Origin: Macrostomum lignano
Lineage: Eukaryota
Direction of reading: 5' to 3'
Assembly: GCA_002269645.1 (NCBI GenBank)
Contig: NIVC01000499.1
Coordinates: forward strand, 1 to 60,920
Length of the DNA stretch: 60,920 bases
Shown: one piece after another, positions 13,125 to 24,100 of the stretch
Layout of the letters: every line of letters begins with the position of its first letter
How positions within the stretch are numbered: the first letter of the stretch is position 1
Position numbers and translations under genes: made by a program
Notes under the pieces: model-generated
Told to the model about the DNA's origin: nothing
Database searches by the model: none
Seen by the model: the letters and a program-made list of their open reading frames with translations, nothing else

Positions 13125-14523
13125 GTCCAAGCCCACACGCCACAACCCCAGTTAAAAGGGACGGGAGTGTACATTGTATGTACGATTATTCCTTCCTTCC
13201 TTTCCTTTCTAACCAGCCTAACTCAGCCCAACGCCAAAGCCATGCAATGCAAGCAATCGCATGCAAATGCAAATTATGCAAAGCGGTATGCAGCTTAATG
13301 TGATGAATTTCGATGCAAAAAAGGCATTTTTTACATGAAAAAAACATCGAATGGTTATGAAATTTAAGAAATTTGTTAAATTAACTATATGGAACACTGT
13401 GCATTAGTTTCATTGCAAAATTCCTACCATTTCCAGTTTAAATAGCCCCGGAACTAACATAAAAGTAAAAAGTCAAGTTTTCAGTTTTTTATCGATAATT
13501 TTTTACCCAATGAACCGAATCTCTAGAAATTGCACACAAATATGCGTCGTTTTGTGGGAAATCAGCCGTCATAAAAATAATGCCGTCCTATTGCGTTTTT
13601 TGCCTGATTTCAAGCAAAATATAAAGAAATCACTACTCTGATCGATTTCCAATCACTTTTGACACATGAGCATTTGGTGCAGACACTCAAAAACTTGGTA
13701 AATTTTAGCCAGACATTAGTACAACTCGTTGCAGTATCCGCATTTGATCTACCATTCTTTTAAAAATTTAATCACCCATTTTTCTGGCACCCAATCAGCC
13801 AAAAATCACAAATTATCGATTTCTGATCGATTTTTCAACCCGAAAGCAGCGAAATCAGACGGCGGCAATTTAAACCAATATAGTACAGCAACTATGCTAT
13901 AGAAATTCGAAATCGGCTTATTCGCACCATGTTCTCAAAATTATAATGAGCAATAATGCGAAAGTCATGTGATTTTTTGAAAAATCGATTTTTGTCGATT
14001 TTCTCAGCACTGCAGAATTGTAAAAAAACAAAACTTTAGACACTTGTAGATTTTTGCATTGCGCATCCAACTGCACTGCTTTGAAGCCCAAACTAAAAAA
14101 CCTTTGTAGGAAAAAGTGGCAAAATAATAAAATGAGGGTGACTTTTTTACCCAAAAAACCCACCAAAACTGCATAAAGATGGCGAAATAAATCAAAGCGC
14201 CATATACCATTTTGTAGGAAATTTAGTTTTACAACTTTGATCCTCAGATGTCGAAGCCGTATCTCGTAAGGTGTACCAGAATTTTGAGATCTCCCAGAAG
14301 CACTTTTGAAAAAATCGTCTCTCGAGTTATTTTACGGCTTAGTAATAAAATTTCTGCACTTAAAAGTATATTCATTCGATAGATTTAAAAGTTTTCTATC
14401 GATCGACACCTCACTCAACTTAATCGATGCAATGGTTGCAAAACAGGAGCATTTTTTAGCGAAAAAACGTGAAATTTCAAAATGCATGGGAGTCTAACTT
14501 ATTTACTCGTAAATACTTTCTAG

Positions 14524-14640
14524 CCCATGTCGGCCTTCGGCCGCCATGGGTAGAAATTATTTACTCGCCCTCGGCCCCTGGCGGGGCCTCGGGTTCTCTC
14601 GCTCTCGCCCGACGCCGCCTTCGGCGGCGCCGGGCTCGGC
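14524..14640. other. Three GC-rich hairpins in AT-rich context
   Basis: CCCATG-T-CGGCC-TTC-GGCCG-C-CATGGG (14524-14550); GGCCCC-TGGC-GGGGCC (~14573-14588); CGCCGCC-TTC-GGCGGCG (14613-14629). Confidence 0.7.
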
Positions 14641-14830
14641 TCGTTCACTGGTGGAACAAGGGGAATTTTATCTCTCAGAGAGCTGTTTCGAGATGGAGAC
14701 TCGAGAGTATTGAACACCAACAGCATACAAAAAAGCTATGATTTTTTGGACATTGCTGCTATAATAGAGCAAAATACATGTATTGATTTAGAGCCAGGCT
14801 CTGAACAAATTTGTTTAAAAATAATTACAA

Positions 14831-15464
14831 TTACAAGAGCCGGAGAAGGAGGGAGATGGAAGACTCCTCGGCTGTGAAAGTTTTCGACGTTTTTAAAGTT
14901 GTGCTCGGATCGAATAGCAGGAAGACAGCTGGTTTGTCTGATGCCTCATCCGTGAATGATGATGGCACCAATTCAATCTCACTTGCGATGTAGATCTCTT
15001 CAATGACCAGGGTCACGACCTTCTTCATCTATGACAGCTTTGAAACTCTCGGCGCATGGTAGTCTTGGCTGTCAAGGCGCGCCACTTGAAGATCCAACTC
15101 TTGCAATTATGAACCTCGGCGTGCGATCAAATATGATGGGAGGCAGATGACGTCCTGCTCAAGCACGGTCTTGTATCCTGATGGATTATATCAAGTAGGA
15201 GAACACAAAGAGATCCTTGGAGTCCTGGTGCCTGATGAATTCCTGCTCTGCAGCTTCAGCTAGGGCAAAGCTCACAGTCCGATTGTCCGTCAGCCCTTCT
15301 GCTTCCTCCAAGAGGTCTTGGACCGCATCCAGCAGACTGGCGACCTTGGTCTCAGACGACGACGGCCTTGCAGGAATCTTCGTAAAATTATTGATTCTCG
15401 ACATGAGTTTCACAAGCTGGCTAAAAGTCAAAGCCTTTCCTCCAGTCAGTAGGTGGCTGAACAT
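14831..15464 (-). pseudogene. Degenerate P-element/THAP9-type transposase fragment
   Basis: Across stops and frameshifts: ...EQEFIRHQDSKDLFVFSYLI / YNPSGYKTVLEQDVICLPS / VVTLVIEEIYIASEIEL. This resembles the SPxAYxxLR...LP and LxxDE[IV]Y motifs of P-superfamily transposases (recognised by eye). Confidence 0.5.
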
Positions 15465-15624
15465 ATACTCAGCAACATTGAAAAGTCGCCACTCTATGCG
15501 CCAGTGAGCAGTTTCTCATCGACTATTCTGAAAATAAAAGATACGAGAAAACTGATTGGGGTAGCTTTAGTCCGTCCAACCTTCGCACACCACTTCATTC
15601 CTCAACTCAAGTCTGCCGCTATAT

Positions 15625-16093
15625 ATATGCAGCCTCCTTCACAACGCCTAAATTTCATATCGCCTAAATTTCACAACGCCTAAAACCGAAAATGCAGCAT
15701 CCTTCACATCGCCTAAATTTCACAACGCCTAAAATCTTTGCTTCTCTCCTTCACATTCAGTTTTAGGTGTTGTGAAATTTAGGCGATTGAAGTTTAGGCG
15801 ATATGAAAGAGCATGCAAATTTTTAGGCGTTGTGAAATTTAGGCGATATGAAATTTAGGCGATATGAAGTAGGATGCATTTTCGGTTTTGGGCGTTATGA
15901 AATTTAGGCGATATGAAATTTAGGCGATGTGAAGGAGCGTGCAGAAATTTTAGGCCTTGTGAAATTTAGGCGATGTGAAATTTAGACGTTGTGAAGGAGG
16001 CTGCATTTAGATTTTAGGAGTTGTGAAGTTTAGGCGTTATGAAATTTAGGTGATGTGAAGTCATGTGCTTTAGGCGTTGTGAAATTTAGGTTT
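15625..16093. repeat. Small foldback-like structure: 15-bp unit (TGAAATTTAGGCGAT) arrays in opposite orientations
   Basis: ACAACGCCTAAATTTC copies at ~15640-15735; reverse-oriented copies at ~15770-16093. Spacer motifs are also mirrored (GCAGCCTCCTTCAC vs GTGAAGGAGGCTGC). Confidence 0.8.
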
Positions 16094-16852
16094 TATGAAG
16101 CGCCCCCACCGCTATCACAGCCGCCGGCTCCGACAAGAAACCGCGTGCCGTCTGGTCGGTCGTCAATCAGCTGACAGGCAGCAAGTGTTGTGCAATCGTG
16201 TTTTTTTTCGCCCTCCTGCCCCGCCCCAACCCTTCCAGTCTGCCCCACCCCTCCAATCAATAATCAATGCGTACGCCGGTCACGCCACCTCGCACCACCT
16301 CCCCCTACCGTGCCGTATATCCATATACTAAAAAACCCAAGTAATACAGTAGTAGAAGGCAGAAGCTCGACTCATCTGTGACTGTACACTATGGCTGTGA
16401 CCCATTTTCTCTGGGTGAAAAGGCGGACGACCCAATCTACCTAATCCCACCCAGTAGCTATAGGAATGTTGACCCCGGTGAGCTTGTCGGGGAATGCTCC
16501 CCACGTCCCAGGGAATTGGATTGGGACCCCGGGGAGAAAGAACATAAAAAATGAATTCGTAACTTCATTTCTGCCATTAAAATAATAAAATTATTCATAG
16601 TAAGCTGATTGAAACTGTTTTTGTTTTTTTACTACATAACTGCTTATTTTACTTTCATTATTTCAACCAATGAAATTTGAATGGTTTTTCACTAGGAGTC
16701 TTTCAACTTTAAAGCAAGCAAATTGCGCATAGAAATATCCAATTACAACAGCTACAGTTCTGCGCTTCTGCTGTGTGTGCACAACTGCAAATTTGTACTC
16801 GTAATATATGTTGAGCGCTGCTGCACGTTGTACCACTTTCAACGAATGAATT

Positions 16853-17985
16853 TGAAGTACAGGTGTCTTGCCTGTGGTTGTCTAGAGGCCTTCAATAGGA
16901 ACGCTGCCCCGGTGAAGTACAGTTGCTTGAGCTCCTCTGGGAAGTCTCCGGGTTGATCTAGTAGCGTTGGTAGTGCTGCCACCAGCTTCGCAGAGTCGCA
17001 GCCTTCGGTGAGGTGCTGAGCTCGTAGAAGCAAATAACTAAGACGAGAGAAAGAGACTCGCACTTCGTGCAGATTTAGCAGTTCTCGCGCAGAGGTGCCC
17101 ACCGTCAGCAGTCCCTGCCGGGCTGGTGCGGGGTGAGAGCGAAAGTGCTAGCTTCGGGCGATCTGAGCTGGCCTGCTAGCTGATAGCAGGAACAATCAGA
17201 GCCAGAGGCAGTCACGCGCAAAGTCGGGAGTCTTGGAGTTCAACTTAAGCGTCAACTTGGCACACAACTTAGAGTTCGCTAGAAACGAAACGGAAGGAAC
17301 GCTAGGAAAGCTTGGAAAGCTAGGAACGCGAGGAACGGTAGGAACGCTGAAAACGCAGAAACGAGAGGCTGAAACGGAAGGGCCGGTTAACGGAAGGAAA
17401 GAAAGGCTTGTCTGAGCCAAGCCAGGAGAGGGGCTGCATTTATAGGGAGGATCGATTGCACCATAGCACGAAAGGCCCCCGCTGAGAGTCATAAGTGACT
17501 CTGTTGCTATTTTTAGCAACAAACAAGCGGGCCCTGCCTCAGAGGAGGCAAGGGGGGGTCCGGGCGCACGTGATCTCCCCATAAACACGAGCCCAGCGTA
17601 CAATGATGAAATCATTGCACTTTGGACTAAAGAAGGAAGAGGGCCTTGTCATGTGACTGACTCACATGACAAGGGGAAAAGGCCCACAAGTGAAGGCACT
17701 CGTGACCGTGGGACCGGAAAACAGGAAGGCACTCCAAATTTGGAGATGCCTGACAGAGAACGAAACAGAGGCAGGCCAGACCAAGCTGTCTGGGCACTGC
17801 AAAAAGGGAAAGCGAGACAAAAGGGGCAAACGAGGACAAACAGACAGACAGACAAACGGGCAGAGGACAGGCCAGGGACAGGCGGGAGGGACAGGCAACT
17901 GCCCAGCGGCAGACAGAAACCTGGGGAGAAGGCGAGGGCAACAGCTGACTAGTGCGGCGCCTAACTAAACTAGCGACTCACTACA
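16853..17985 (-). repeat. 3' LTR
   Basis: No difference from 25917-27049 seen by eye; the ORF-track translations of both copies are identical at a fixed offset. Confidence 0.95.
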
Positions 17986-17997
17986 CTCTCCCCGTTC
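17986..17997 (-). promoter_or_regulatory. Polypurine tract
   Basis: Minus strand GAACGGGGAGAG directly abuts TGTAG of the 3' LTR. Confidence 0.85.
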
Positions 17998-18387
17998 AAA
18001 TAAAGAGGCGGAGTGAAGCGGCGCGCGCTTTATTTAAAACAAAGTAAACGTGAATTTACTGACAAAAGAAAACACACAAAATTTCAAATGCGCTCGTGAA
18101 ATTGCGCGACTGGCCAGGTCGTAAAGATAGTGGCCTGATACCGCGGGGGCGCCAACCCGCTAATAGCCTGCGCCTAACTATTCCTCGTGCTCCAGCCCGC
18201 AAAATTAGTGCTCGAATTTGGTGTGGGGGCGCCGGCCCACCCTAGAAATGGCGCCTAAATATTGCGCGGGCGATACCTGAATACACAAGCCAACCGGCTT
18301 AAAATTCCTGCATAAGGGCGCTTAACTAGCGCGGCAAACGGGGCAACTTCATTGTCAACAGGGCGTACATCAGCGTACGGCCGCCAA

Positions 18388-19092
18388 TCAGTCAAAATAG
18401 CACAGACGCGGAGTCATCAAGAGCATCGGCAGGTCTTCTTCCCCGCCGCCCATGAATCGGGCAACGCGGACGGCCGCCAGGTGGAGAGCGTACGGCCGGT
18501 TCGGCCGCTCCAGGTCGGGGCCGGCCAGGCCGACCGCCTCCGCGAATAACCGGCTCCTCTCCTCGGCCGTGGTTTGACGGAGCTCCGCCCAGATCGGGCC
18601 ACCGAGGTCAACGATTTCTCCGCCTTGCCGAGCCGCTCTGACGAGTACAGCGCTTATCAGGTTGGCGCCGGCAGCGATGACGGTAGCTCGGTATTCCGGT
18701 ATTGGCGACTCCGTTTGAGTGCCGGTATCGAGCGTTTCCGCCGGACGTTCGGGCGATGGTGGCGGGGCCCTGGGCAGGGTGCGGCGCAGCGACGCGGCCA
18801 GGTCGGTCCAAACAGCTGAGGAGCATGCGGCCGCTCCCTGAGTGTCATCGGTCCAAGACATCGGAGACGGGGCCGCGTCGGGATGCCTGGCGTCGTCGAG
18901 ATCCCCTCCGCGTTCATCTGTTCCGCCGGGCCTGCCGTGGTGCTCCGACCCGACTCGCTCACGGGCCGCCGGCCGAGCCCCGTCGATGTCTGGAAGGGAA
19001 TTGCGGACTTGGAGGCGGATGTCCGCCAAGCCCCGCATCACCTGCTGTTCCAGCTGCACGTAAGCCAAAGCGGCCGCGATCCGGTCGACCAT
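18388..19092 (-). CDS. Extra 3' ORF of unknown function (234 aa from ATG; frame open from 19296)
   Basis: Sense-strand ORF between integrase and PPT. It has helical amphipathic N- and C-terminal segments and no signal peptide or transmembrane segment, so it is not env-like. Confidence 0.55.
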   Translation of the reverse strand: MVDRIAAALAYVQLEQQVMRGLADIRLQVRNSLPDIDGARPAARERVGSEHHGRPGGTDERGGDLDDARHPDAAPSPMSWTDDTQGAAACSSAVWTDLAASLRRTLPRAPPPSPERPAETLDTGTQTESPIPEYRATVIAAGANLISAVLVRAARQGGEIVDLGGPIWAELRQTTAEERSRLFAEAVGLAGPDLERPNRPYALHLAAVRVARFMGGGEEDLPMLLMTPRLCYFD

Positions 19093-21101
19093 GAGTGTCC
19101 GCGCAGTCGCGTCTGGCGATGGCGAGTCGCGCGTGAGGTCGATGACTTCGGGCGAGTGTCGTTGACCCGAGCGGGGTGTTGAGCTGCATGGCTCTCCAGA
19201 ACGGGCGAAGGGCTTCGCCTGGGTGCCGATGTTCGGAGTGGCCTCCCATTCCGCCTCTGGGGCTCGGGAGACGGCGTGCGACGGTGAGGGCGCCGATCAA
19301 CCTGGCGCGTCGGCCTCGCCGAGCCGTTGCCTTCAGCCCTGAGTCTCCGGTTAATTGTCTCCAGCGGGCGCCGCGGGATCCCCATGGTCTCTGGCGAGAC
19401 CGGGGTACCAGGTCGGCGCCGGCTACGGCTAGGCCGCCCTTGCTCCGCATCGGACGAGGAGCTTGAGCTCACGTGGAGCGGACGCTTGTGCATTTCTGCG
19501 CTGCAAGGTTTTAATTTGTGCACACGCATGCGGGCGGTGCGACTAACGTACGTTTTGGCCCTAGGATCGCTAATCAGAAGCCTCTCCGGCGGCCTCCGAT
19601 CCCTAACTGGCCTACCTACCACTACTGGTATGGGAGACGCTTCCACCTGAGTGGTGCAAGGAGGTGGCGCAGGAGACTGCACCGCCGAAAAAGGTTCGGG
19701 AAGGGGGGACGCATGGACAGGTGAAAAAGAAGCAGCAGGTGCAGACGCATTCAAACCAGGCACACCATCATGGCGATCACCATACGGCAGTGGCTCACGC
19801 CGAAATGCACTTGCCTGGTTCGCTGGTGTCGTGACCGGTCCACCTCCTGGCTGCACATCCGGGATCGCCAACGGCCGGAAGCGCCACCGGAAGGCCGGCC
19901 ATGCGTCATCATCATCATCGTCCTCGTCCGGATCGTCCTCCGGAATCGGTGTCAGAGTCGCGGGTCCTGCACCGTCCGGGGCATCAGTCAACCTGCAGCG
20001 CTTCTTGGCCTGGTCGACTTCTGGATCCGAAGTCAGCTGGTAGTCGGCATCAGGGACGAGTAGCAGATTCCGGCGATGGACTACTAGCTCGTCGCGCCTG
20101 GCCCGCGGGTTTGGCACTCTACGGCGAATCTTGTAGACGACCTCGCCCTTGGGTTCGACTACCTCGTACAGCGCTTTGCGAGGTCGATGGAACTTCGCCG
20201 CTTCATCCGGTTCGAGCACCGGGTTGTTGAGGAAAACCAGGTCACCAGGTTGGAGCTTCTTGGCAGCGGGCAGGTTCGAATAGTGCTCGTCGCGCAGTTG
20301 CTGATGCAGATGCAGGCGTTCTTTGGCTAGCTCAGTCGCTTCGTCCAAACGGCGCTGGAAGTCCTTGACATAGTCAGGCAGATTGGCATACTCCGGCAGC
20401 TTCTTGATCGCGTTGTCGATTGGTAGTCGAAAGTCTCGACCAAACACCAGGTAGTGAGGCGTGAAACCTGTCACCGGGTGTACACTAGAGCGGAGCGCCA
20501 TCAAGCAGGCTGGGAGGAAGGTGTCCCAGTCGTTATGGTTGCGCTCGAGGAGGCAGGTGAGGACACTCTTCAGCTGCTTGTTGAGGTTCTCGACTTGCCC
20601 ATTAGAAGCTGGGTTGTACGGTGTTGTCGTCGTATGCCGGATGCCAAACAGGTCGCAGAACTTCTTGAAAGCTGAGCCAGTGAAATTGGTTCCTTGATCA
20701 GTGTGTATCCAGCATGGTACACCAAAGTCAGGGATCAAGCGCTCCTGCAGGATCTTGATGACCGTCTTGGCTTTCTGGTTCCTCATCGGATAGGCGAACG
20801 GGTACTTCGACGTCGCGTCGCATAGCGTCAAGATGTAGCGGTTCCCGCTCTTGCTCTTCTGGGCAATTGGGCCTACTACGTCGCAATGTACTCTTCCCAG
20901 AACTTCGCACACAGGGAAGCTCTGTACAGGTACTCGGTCTCGTCTTCGGGATTTACTTTCAAGACAGGCGCGGCACTTACTGATAAAGTTCTCGGTGACA
21001 CGGGCTAATCCGGGCCTCCAGAATCGTTCACGTAGCCGCTTCAACGTCTTCGTCTGGCCGAGGTGTCCACACAGTGGCGAACTGTGGAGCTCCTGGAGCA
21101 C
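19038..21101 (-). CDS. pol: Pol part 2: integrase (HHCC, DDE, GPY/F-like region) with a long low-complexity tail
   Basis: LH...GHLG...CRAC; CDVVGP; HTDQG; GQVENLN; GRPVRDRRPPERL. It joins part 1 as MPQVLQELH if one C is restored in the CCC run at 21104-21106. Confidence 0.92.
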   Translation of the reverse strand: MLQELHSSPLCGHLGQTKTLKRLRERFWRPGLARVTENFISKCRACLESKSRRRDRVPVQSFPVCEVLGRVHCDVVGPIAQKSKSGNRYILTLCDATSKYPFAYPMRNQKAKTVIKILQERLIPDFGVPCWIHTDQGTNFTGSAFKKFCDLFGIRHTTTTPYNPASNGQVENLNKQLKSVLTCLLERNHNDWDTFLPACLMALRSSVHPVTGFTPHYLVFGRDFRLPIDNAIKKLPEYANLPDYVKDFQRRLDEATELAKERLHLHQQLRDEHYSNLPAAKKLQPGDLVFLNNPVLEPDEAAKFHRPRKALYEVVEPKGEVVYKIRRRVPNPRARRDELVVHRRNLLLVPDADYQLTSDPEVDQAKKRCRLTDAPDGAGPATLTPIPEDDPDEDDDDDDAWPAFRWRFRPLAIPDVQPGGGPVTTPANQASAFRREPLPYGDRHDGVPGLNASAPAASFSPVHASPLPEPFSAVQSPAPPPCTTQVEASPIPVVVGRPVRDRRPPERLLISDPRAKTYVSRTARMRVHKLKPCSAEMHKRPLHVSSSSSSDAEQGRPSRSRRRPGTPVSPETMGIPRRPLETINRRLRAEGNGSARPTRQVDRRPHRRTPSPEPQRRNGRPLRTSAPRRSPSPVLESHAAQHPARVNDTRPKSSTSRATRHRQTRLRGHSWSTGSRPLWLTCSWNSR

Positions 21102-24100
21102 CTGGGCATCAAGAGCTCAGGCAGGACAACCTTCGGGGACTGCTGGCCATCAGTCAGATCGATCATCAGCAGGCCGTTGTCCTCTCGCAGATTATCATAA
21201 TATCCGAGCAGATTCCGCTGCTCCTTCGTCAGTCGCAACCGGGCGTCGAACTCAGGCTTCAGGGCTTTGTTCTCGACCAAGTTGAGCACGTAGCTGATTG
21301 CTCGGTCGGCGCGCTGCGCGTCGACAAACTGTTGCCGCGTCATCGGCATCCTCATAAAATCAGTGAGCACGGCGCGGCATGGCTGAGGGTTCCGGATTTC
21401 CTCAGTCTCCGCTTCTGTGGCTCGCAGTTGATCACGCGACTCCGTCTTGTCGGCGTCAGGATTAGGTCGCTCCGAGGGACTTTGTCTCACAACGTCGGCG
21501 TACGATCGCTGATCTCGTTTCGAAGTTCTCATCGTCGCTCTCTTGACAGGAATTTCCGCAGCTGGAGCAGTGCACTTGCCTCCACTGCACAGCCCAGGCG
21601 ACTCTTGGCTGTAGGGCGAGACGCAACACGTGAAGCACGCCTCGTCGCAGGCAGCCGTAGCCGTCGGCTCGATCATCGTCGTCATTGGGTGAGTCTTCTC
21701 CAGCACTGGGCGGTGTCGCAAAGGGGGACTCGACTTTCCGCACAGGCGATGAGCAGCTGTCTGTCGGCTCGGGGGACAGAGCGTTGACCTTGCAGCCGTC
21801 GCGAGAGTCTGGCCTCTGTCAACACGGCGAGAACTCTCAGCGCAAAACTCCGGGGAGTTGAACTTACATTGCTGGTCTGGATTCGCGTTGTGGGCTGTCA
21901 TCAGAAGGGCTGCTTGTTCAGTGGCCTCTGAGTCGTGGTCCATGGGCGTCTCCAGATTCCGAGACCCGCAGTCTTGGACATCATCAAGGAGGTCTACGTC
22001 AGCAGTGGCCTCCGAGGGTTTGTCCGGGCGAATCTCCAAGTAACGGCAGTCGGCGTGGGCGTCGCTGCGGAGGGCTGAGGTGTCAGTGGCCTCCGGGTTG
22101 GTGTCCAAACCGGTCTCCAGGCGTTGACTGCAGCGATGGTCGTCGTGCTGAAGGACTGCTGGCGCAGTGGCCTCCAGGTCTTCGGCCAGGGCAGTTTCGG
22201 CCTCCTTGTTGCGAGTGTGGACCTTCTTCGTGCGGGCTGCTCTCGCAGTGGCCTCACGTGTGGTGTCCAATTCCGGCTCCAGGCTGGTGTCATCACCGGG
22301 TCGGGCTGCAGAACCGGGGTGCTCCAGCAGTCGGCCATGTTCGAAGTCAACCGGTGGTGTCTCCGGGCGTCTTGACAGGGCGTCAGCGTTGGCGTGGTCC
22401 TTGCCTTTGCGATGGTGAAGCTGGAAGCGGAACTCGCTTAATCGCTCAATCCAACGGCCCAAGATGCCTGTGACCTGCGTCTGGTTCAGCAGCCACAGCA
22501 AGGCCCGATGGTCAGAACGAACTTCAAACTTCTTGCCGATTAAATAATGACGGAAATGTCGCATCGCGTCCACGATTGCAAGCAGCTCTTTCTTCGTGAC
22601 CGTGTAGCGCTTCTCAGGATCACGAAGCTTCCGGCTAAAGAATGCAATTGGGCGCTCGACGCCGTCGGATTGCCGTTGTCCAAGACAAGCGCCTATGCGA
22701 ATGTCTGAGGCATCCGTGTCTAGGACAAACTTCACATTAGGATCTGAGTTAAACTCAGGCAGAGCGAGAACTTCAGTCGAACACAACTTCTTCTTCAACG
22801 TGTCGAACGCTACCTGGTGCTCATCAGTCCAATGCTGCCGCAGGCTGCCGATGTCCTTTCGAGTCAGGGCATGTAGCGGCGCAGCAAATCCAGCGTAGCC
22901 GTTGACAAACTTGTGGTAGTAATTGGCGAGGCCTAGGAATTGTCTCAGTTGAGTAACGGACTGTGGCACGGGCCAATCACGGATCTGCGCAATCTTGTCC
23001 TCACAGGTCTTCAGGCCGTCGGGAGTCACGACGTGGCCTAGATAATGCAGCTCCTTGAGGAACAAATGGCACTTCTTCGGCTTGACCTTGAGGTTGGCTG
23101 CGATAATCCGCTGGAGTACAGTCCGCAGGTTGTCCAGCTGCTCCTCGAAGGTCACAGAGTGCACCACGATGTCATCCATGTAGCCAAGCGCAGTCTTTGG
23201 CGTCAGGCCGTCCAGGAGCTTATTGATGCAACGCTGAAAGCTGCCTGGACTATCGTGGAGACCCATCGGTAGAACATTGAAACAGAATTGTCCGCGGTCA
23301 ATCACAGAGAACGCCGTCAGGTGCTGATCGCAGTCGCGCAGCGGGATCTGCCAGAATCCTTGAGCGAGATCCAAGCTAGAGTACCACTGGGCACCACGCA
23401 GCTTCGCGAAGGTCTCCTGAATGTGCGGCAGCGGGTACGGGTGGTACACACACTTGTCGTTGAGAGCTCTGAAGTCATGCACCAGCCTGATGTTGCCGTC
23501 CTTCTTGGGCACTATCAGCATTGGCGAGTTGTAGCTAGAATAAGCCGGGCGAATGATGTGCTTCGCCAGCATCTCGTCTAGCAGGGCGTCTAGCTTGTCC
23601 TTCAGATGAGGCGGGATCCTGCGCGGTGGTAGCGCAACTGGTGTCCGATCCTTCAGGATGATCTCGTGGGTCACCAGGTGTGTCAGGCCAGCGTCTAGCA
23701 GATGCTTCGAGAAGGCTGCTTGACACTCAACTAGTAGATCTCGCACTCTCTGTCGTTGATCTTCGGACAGCTCGCTGTTGATCTCGACTTCCTCTAGCCA
23801 AGCTGTGCTGGACTCTTCAGGGCTCCTTGGCAAATGTCGCACTTCAGGTTCCGGCGTCTCTTCCAGGTACATCAGGTCGGCAGTTCTAAGTGGTGTCGCA
23901 ACACCAACGCGGATGCCCGACTGCAGGAACACCTCGCAGTCAGCAGTGTTGACGACCTCGATGTAGCCTCGACCTTCAGGCATCGTCATCAGAGCTGGAG
24001 CTGCTTCCAGAGTGTTGCAGCTGGGGTGCAGTCTCGACTTCACCAGCTCGACGATTGATGGCGATCCTCGGTTCTCGGGGTGGCCGACATCCAACTGGAC

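Noticed and set aside
16100-16175. LINE ORF2 linker-like fragment (AITAAGSDKKPRAVWSVVNQLTG)
   Set aside because: Only ~25 codons with no catalytic motif; plausible but unsupportable.
17196-17968. ORFs inside the LTRs (also 26260-27032)
   Set aside because: Short, overlapping on both strands, no domain motifs; their identity just reflects LTR duplication.
18388-19092. env gene
   Set aside because: No signal peptide, transmembrane anchor or furin-like site is visible.
21095-21110. Second programmed frameshift between RNase H and integrase
   Set aside because: No XXXYYYZ heptamer; a 1-bp loss in a C run explains it, as elsewhere in the window.
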